In this document: in pieces, positions 58,815-64,000 of the stretch | Layout of the letters: each line of letters begins with the position of its first letter | Numbering within the stretch: the first letter of the stretch is position 1 | Assembly: GCA_965208835.1 (NCBI GenBank) | Contig: OZ242358.1 | Location: 3,840,001 to 3,904,000 of the forward strand | Direction of reading: 5' to 3' | Source: Candidatus Latescibacterota bacterium | Lineage (GTDB): Bacteria; Latescibacterota; UBA2968; GCA-2709665 | Length of the DNA stretch: 64,000 nt | Program-made: the position numbers and the translations under genes | The notes under the pieces: model-generated | Database searches by the model: none | What the model saw: only the letters and a program-made list of their open reading frames with translations | What the model was told of the DNA's origin: nothing

Positions 58815-61070
58815 TTACGCCCTTTCCTCCTCCGGGGCGGGCATCGCATGCCTGCACTTCAGGCAACGGAGGGACGTGCGGCCATTGCGACCGGCATGTT
58901 CAGCCAGAAACGGTCCTTCACACATTGGGCACGGCAGGTTCAACGGCCGGTCCCAACTCGCGTACGTGCACTCCGGAAAATTGCCGCAACCGAAGAACGT
59001 CCTGCCCCGCCGACTGCTGCGTTCCTTGAGTTGTCCGTTGCATTTTTCCTGCGGACAGGGCACTCCCGTCGAAATCGACCGGGTATTTCTGCACTTCGGG
59101 TACCCCGAGCAGGCAAGAAAACGTCCATTGCGTCCAGTACGAATGGCCATTTCCGACCCGCATTTCTCGCAGACTTCGCCCGACGGTTCCGCCTCGGAAG
59201 CCTCGAGCGGATGGGTATTGCGGCATTCAGGAAATCCGGAACAGGCCAGAAAGCGGCCGTTGCGACCCCACTTGATCACAAAGACCTTTCCGCACTTCTC
59301 GCAGATTCTGTCCGTCTCCTCCTGGAGCGACGCCTTCAGTTCCTTGCGCTGCCCTTCCGCTCTTTGCAGATCCGTGGCAAACGGACCATAGAAGTCTTCC
59401 ACCACCTTCACCCAGCCTGCCTCGCCGTTTTCCACCTGGTCGAGCTCGTCTTCCATCCTCGCGGTGAAATCCACATTGAAAACATCGGGAAACGCCTGGA
59501 CCAGAATTCCGTTGACGGTACGCCCCAGATCCGTCGGCACGAACCGTCCGCTCTTTCTTGCCGTGTAGTCCCGGTCCTGGAGCGTGCTGATAATCTGAGC
59601 GTATGTACTGGGGCGTCCTATTGCGCGTGACTCCAGCTCCCTGACGAGGGTGGCCTCGGAGAATCTCGCGGGCGGCTTCGTGAAGTGCTGCTCGGGAAGC
59701 AGTGACATCATCGTCAGGACATCTCCCTTCTTCAAGCCATCCGGGAGACGCGTCTCGTCCTTCTCGGGATCGTCGTCCTTGCCCTCCGCATATAGCGCCG
59801 TAAAACCGGCGAATTTCAGCACCGACCCGGTTGCCCGCAATTCATACTCGCCCGCACGGATATCCACAGCCGTCCGATTGAACACCGCCGACGACATCTG
59901 GCAGGCGATGAACCGATCCCAGATCAATTGATAGAGTTTCGACTGATCGGCAGTCAGTTGCGCCTGGACAACCTCCGGAGGGCGCTGAATGTCCGTGGGG
60001 CGTATCGCCTCGTGCGCATCCTGCGCCCCCTTTCCCTTCCGGTAGGATCTTGCCCGGACGGGCAGATACGCCTCCCCGAACCGCTGCCGGATATAGTCTC
60101 TCGCCGACGATACCGCGTCGCTCGCTATCCGGGTGGAGTCGGTTCGCATATAGGTAATCAAACCGGTCGTTTCGGTCGCACTTTGCGTTCCACTTCGTAC
60201 CTCAATGCCTTCGTAAAGTTGCTGGGCCACCTGCATCGTCTTCCGCGCAGTAAATCGCAGCCTTCGAGACGCCTCCTGTTGCAGTGTACTCGTAATGAAG
60301 GGCGGCGCCGGATTGCGCCGTTGCACCTGTCGTTTTACGTCGGCGATCCGGTATCCGGGATCGGAGGCTGCCGCGCGCAGATCCAGAAGGATACGGTCCA
60401 CCTCCTCCCGGTCCTTCAGCGCCAGCTTTTCACCCTTTAGCCGGACCAACCGCGCCCTGAACGGTAAGGTATCCTCACGCTTCACCTTCGCGTCGACGGT
60501 CCAGTATTCTTCGGGAACGAACGCTTCGATCGCCGCCTCCCTCTCGCAGATCAATCGGAGCGCGACGGACTGAACCCGGCCGGCGCTCAGACCGCCGTGA
60601 ACCGTCTTCCAAAGTAGTGGACTGACCTTGTACCCCACGAGGCGGTCCAGAACCCTGCGGGCCTGCTGAGCGTCCACCTTCCTCAGATCGATTTCTGAGG
60701 GGTTGGCCACCGCCTCCCTGACCGCCCGTTCCGTTATCTCGTTGAACATGACCCTCTGGGCATCGTTAACCCGCTTGAGCGCCTCGGCCACGTGCCATGC
60801 GATGGCTTCCCCTTCACGGTCGGGGTCCGTCGCCAGAATCAGCCGCCCCGCCGAACGCGCAGCCGCGCGAAGCTCCCTGACGAAATTGTTCCGATCGCGG
60901 ATAGTACGATACGTGGGCTTGAATCCGTTAGCGACGTCGATGCCGAGTTCCTTCTTCGGCAGGTCACGGACGTGTCCCATGCTGGCCATTACCTTGAAGT
61001 CTTTTCCGAGTATCTTGTTGATCGTCCTCGCCTTGGCCGGCGACTCGACCACCACCAGCGCATCCGGCAT
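58815..61070 (-). CDS. topA: DNA topoisomerase I
   Basis: VVESPAKA, ATDPDREGE, SAGRVQS, LITYMRTDS, QDAHEAIRPT, IGRPSTY, three C4 Zn ribbons. Confidence 0.97.
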   Translation of the reverse strand: MPDALVVVESPAKARTINKILGKDFKVMASMGHVRDLPKKELGIDVANGFKPTYRTIRDRNNFVRELRAAARSAGRLILATDPDREGEAIAWHVAEALKRVNDAQRVMFNEITERAVREAVANPSEIDLRKVDAQQARRVLDRLVGYKVSPLLWKTVHGGLSAGRVQSVALRLICEREAAIEAFVPEEYWTVDAKVKREDTLPFRARLVRLKGEKLALKDREEVDRILLDLRAAASDPGYRIADVKRQVQRRNPAPPFITSTLQQEASRRLRFTARKTMQVAQQLYEGIEVRSGTQSATETTGLITYMRTDSTRIASDAVSSARDYIRQRFGEAYLPVRARSYRKGKGAQDAHEAIRPTDIQRPPEVVQAQLTADQSKLYQLIWDRFIACQMSSAVFNRTAVDIRAGEYELRATGSVLKFAGFTALYAEGKDDDPEKDETRLPDGLKKGDVLTMMSLLPEQHFTKPPARFSEATLVRELESRAIGRPSTYAQIISTLQDRDYTARKSGRFVPTDLGRTVNGILVQAFPDVFNVDFTARMEDELDQVENGEAGWVKVVEDFYGPFATDLQRAEGQRKELKASLQEETDRICEKCGKVFVIKWGRNGRFLACSGFPECRNTHPLEASEAEPSGEVCEKCGSEMAIRTGRNGRFLACSGYPKCRNTRSISTGVPCPQEKCNGQLKERSSRRGRTFFGCGNFPECTYASWDRPLNLPCPMCEGPFLAEHAGRNGRTSLRCLKCRHAMPAPEEERA

Positions 61071-61399
61071 ATTGTCTCCCAAAAGAACGAGCCACGTCGA
61101 AAGAATTCATCGAGTGACTCACCCCGGTTACGATAGGTTGTAAGAAGCTGTTTTAAAATTACCGGTGAGTTCTCGAGCGCGAGCGAAAAAGTGGCGGTCA
61201 AGGCGGGAGAATCCGCACATATTTGTCTATACGGGTGGGTTTGACCAACGCCGACCGGCGCTTTTGCAGCCGCGCGAAGACCGCTGGGGATTTTAAGACA
61301 GCTTCTAAGATTCGGAAAGACAGGATTGCATCCCTAGAAAAGCGTCGCCTGACGATCTCTGCGGGTGCCTCGTGTGTCACGTGCAACGCGTCCGATTCA

Positions 61400-61428
61400 A
61401 AAATACGAGCGCCCCAGTCAAAAGTCAA
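61400..61428 (-). promoter_or_regulatory. Putative sigma70 promoter for topA-xerC
   Basis: Minus strand TTGACT-17 nt-TATTTT. Confidence 0.45.
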
Positions 61429-61476
61429 GGCTAAACTAATAAGATATTGTAATGCATATATTTATACCATGCAATA

Positions 61477-63597
61477 TCAGGCGCCGCCGCGAGGCGGTTT
61501 GATGGACTGTGGTCGCGTCTCGGATTGGTCCTGTCTGCCCTGCCGTTCCGATTGCGCCACGATGGCCTCCGCGACCATGAACACGAGCGCCAGGCCCAGC
61601 GCAAGCCGCCAGAGTTCCCTGCCCCCTCGCGCTTCCCGGACTGCGGCCGCAGGGGATGTTTGCGGCTCAACAATACGCAGACGTGCCCCCGCGAACACTT
61701 TTTTGAGCCGATCCGATGACGCGGGTGTTGGATCCCCTTCCCCCGCATCGATACGAACTGCGAATCGGTCCGTCAGACGGTCCCGGGCGTAGATTTCCCA
61801 GACTCCGGGTATATCCACCTTCCCAACCGGCCAGACCGAGTGTACGCCGCGTTGCTCGGGCCAGATGGTTCGGGACTCGCCGGCGGGAGGTTTCAGCAGG
61901 GCCTCACGGGCTTGAACGTCAGACCGGTTCCTATACACCCTTTCGCCCACGGAATAGTCTGACTGACCGGGAGACCCCGCCGCCAGATACCGGCTCAACC
62001 GATGTATGAGCGGAACGAAGATTCCCGTAAGTGGCAGGTCGGTCCATCCCAGATCGGAATCCAGGCCTGCGGCAAACAGCGCCACGCGACCGGCGCCAAG
62101 GCTGGTCTCGGCCAGTGCGGGGTCACCGCTGCGAAACAGCAGAACAGGCTGAGATGAGTCGCCCAGCCGCAACCGGCAGTACGCGTAAAAACGGGGCGTT
62201 CGCAGTCCTTCAGCCGGACCGAAGTCCCTGAAAACCGCATGGTCCGGGAGCGCTTCACGCAGTCGGTGATAGGTCTTGTTTTGCCCGGGAGAACCTTCGA
62301 TGCCCACGAGCGACGCCGAAAACAGGCCCGGAAGCAATACAGCATTGTAGAACCGGAAATCCACTTGATCCCCCAGGACGATCATCAGTCCCATTCCGCT
62401 CCGCACCCGATATTCAATGATCTTCACGGTACCGGCTGACAACCGCGACACGTTGAACAACAGGGCCACGTCCGTTTCATACAAGAGATCCGCGTTCAAT
62501 TCACCAGGCCGAACCGATCGGACCGATACCGCCTGCCCCGACCCTGCTTCCAGGGCCTTTGCGACGAAATAGGTTTCATCGTTATTTTCGGCCACCAGAA
62601 GCACCCTCACGCGCTCAGGGATGTTCAGGACCGACGTGTACACGTTATCCGCCGCCAGGTCGTCGTCACCCAGTTCGACGCGCAAGGGAACCTGTCCTCC
62701 CCTCTCGGGAACGAACCGGAAGTGGAGACGCCGGGAGGTCCCTGGCTCGGTACGAATCACCTGCTGACCGATCCGACGTCCGTCAAGATAGACCTGTACC
62801 GGCGCGCGCAGCCGGACGGGGCCGCCGTAGTCCGTTAACGACACCCTCAGCGTCGAAACGCTTCCGGCGGAAAGGATCCCTTCGACGGGGGCCGCATGCC
62901 GGATGCCCATATTGTTAGGCTCGGACGGCCGTACCGGTACGCAAAATACGGTAAAACCACTTTCCTCGAAGAGCGTATCGGGTACCTCCGACCAGCCGTT
63001 TCTGGCAAAATCCGAAACGACGTAGAGCTCCCTGTTCGGAATCTCCGTCTGTGAGGCACGCGTCAGTGCAGCCTCCAGCGCGGGTTGAAAATCCGTCCCG
63101 CGGTACGTGTGCCGCATAACCTCGAGCCTTGCCGCAAGACGGTCGGGACGCCCGGGCTCGACCTCCTCCACGCGGTCATCCACATGAAACAGGCGTACAT
63201 CGTCCTGTGCATTGAACAGTTGCAGGACCTCTTTCGTCCGGTTTCGAGCGCGGTCAAAGAGGGTACCCTCGTGTACCCTGTAACTCATGCTCAGAGAGCG
63301 ATCCAGCAGTAGCGCAGCAGAAGTTCGAACCGCGCCGCCGCCATCTACTCCTTTTATCCGGGGACGCGCAAATCCAAGTACCAGGAACACGATAACCAGT
63401 GTGCGGAGTATCAGAGCCAGAATCTGCTTCAGCCTGAAGCGTCGCATTCGATCCTGCTGAAGCGTTTCAAGGAGAGCCACGTTGCTGAATGCGACGGTCA
63501 CGGCCCTCCTGCGGTTTAGCAGGTGGATCGCCAGCGGCAGCAACGCGGCCCACAACCCGTGCAGTACGGCAGGAGATGAAAAGGATAGACCGAACAT
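61477..63597 (-). CDS. BatA N-terminal/vWA domain membrane protein
   Basis: PLAIHLL..FS..LL, ARP, MIDAS DRSLSM, SDF, DN, C-terminal LWR..L..E. Confidence 0.88.
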   Translation of the reverse strand: MFGLSFSSPAVLHGLWAALLPLAIHLLNRRRAVTVAFSNVALLETLQQDRMRRFRLKQILALILRTLVIVFLVLGFARPRIKGVDGGGAVRTSAALLLDRSLSMSYRVHEGTLFDRARNRTKEVLQLFNAQDDVRLFHVDDRVEEVEPGRPDRLAARLEVMRHTYRGTDFQPALEAALTRASQTEIPNRELYVVSDFARNGWSEVPDTLFEESGFTVFCVPVRPSEPNNMGIRHAAPVEGILSAGSVSTLRVSLTDYGGPVRLRAPVQVYLDGRRIGQQVIRTEPGTSRRLHFRFVPERGGQVPLRVELGDDDLAADNVYTSVLNIPERVRVLLVAENNDETYFVAKALEAGSGQAVSVRSVRPGELNADLLYETDVALLFNVSRLSAGTVKIIEYRVRSGMGLMIVLGDQVDFRFYNAVLLPGLFSASLVGIEGSPGQNKTYHRLREALPDHAVFRDFGPAEGLRTPRFYAYCRLRLGDSSQPVLLFRSGDPALAETSLGAGRVALFAAGLDSDLGWTDLPLTGIFVPLIHRLSRYLAAGSPGQSDYSVGERVYRNRSDVQAREALLKPPAGESRTIWPEQRGVHSVWPVGKVDIPGVWEIYARDRLTDRFAVRIDAGEGDPTPASSDRLKKVFAGARLRIVEPQTSPAAAVREARGGRELWRLALGLALVFMVAEAIVAQSERQGRQDQSETRPQSIKPPRGGA

Positions 63598-63654
63598 GGC
63601 GATCAGACCCGGAAACAGAACCTACAAGTGAACCCGTGGGTCCGGTTCATATAC

Positions 63655-63687
63655 AAAAAAAGCCTGCTTCTCAATTGATCGCAGGCT
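63655..63687 (-). terminator. Rho-independent terminator after PTS IIA gene
   Basis: Minus strand AGCCTGC...GCAGGCT-TTTTTT. Confidence 0.75.
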
Positions 63688-63710
63688 GACGTTCTTACCG
63701 GAGCGTTCTA

Positions 63711-63998
63711 TCAGGAATGAAGTCTCTCTTCTTCCTCAATGCAGGCAATCAGTGACTCCCGGTCTTCCGATTCAATGAGATGCCGTCGAAACGCCTCGCC
63801 TTTGAGCAGGCGCGAGATTCGCGCCAACGCCTTGATATGCGGTCCTGAAACATCCATTGGCGAAACCAGCAGGAAGAAAATGAAGGTTGGCTGGTCGTCC
63901 AGGGCGTCGAAGTCGACGCCTTCCCGCTTGATGCCAAGTACACCGCCCAGTTCGCTAACGAACTCGGATTTGCCATGCGGAATGGCGATGCCATGACC
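63711..63998 (-). CDS. ptsN: PTS EIIA (Ntr/fructose type), 5' truncated by window edge
   Basis: Manual translation GHGIAIPHGK..GVDFDALDDQP..FFLL..HIKALARISRLL; not in the ORF track. Confidence 0.85.
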   Translation of the reverse strand, partial: GHGIAIPHGKSEFVSELGGVLGIKREGVDFDALDDQPTFIFFLLVSPMDVSGPHIKALARISRLLKGEAFRRHLIESEDRESLIACIEEEERLHS

Positions 63999-64000
63999 GA

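Noticed and set aside
61443-61478. AT-rich GATATTG..CAATATC inverted repeat as a dif site
   Set aside because: No match to XerC/XerD arms (no TTATGTTAAA); more likely a terminator or operator near the topA promoter

Overview
GC-rich chromosomal segment of a diderm bacterium, with about 55 genes. The gene content (sulfatases, PhyH dioxygenases, BNR/GH32-like propellers, dockerin-like tags, Bacteroidota-type HmuY/TonB receptor) suggests an FCB-group organism such as Latescibacterota or a relative; this is inference only. 1-25.8 kb holds catabolic enzymes, a P450/GH3/enolase-superfamily trio, pdxJ and a zeta-like ATPase pair. 25.9-38 kb is a mosaic heme/iron acquisition locus (orphan gene, hmuTUV, TonB receptor, porin, imelysin, di-heme oxidoreductase, dockerin-tagged double HmuY, IsdG-like oxygenase) that ends at tRNA-Pro(TGG). 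It is preceded by two sigma70 promoters sharing a 24/27-identical, non-Fur palindromic operator. 38-53 kb holds dipeptidases, a sulfatase, an EVE protein, a probable selenocysteine rhodanese (in-frame UGA at the catalytic Cys), a czcA remnant, a TorF-like porin and glutamine synthetase III. 53-64 kb holds a dockerin-tagged metalloprotease, a pilin-like gene, xerC, topA, a BatA/vWA gene and PTS IIA. A 160-bp MITE and REP-like palindromes are also present. No CRISPR, rRNA or intact transposase was seen. All calls come from manual motif recognition; no searches were run.
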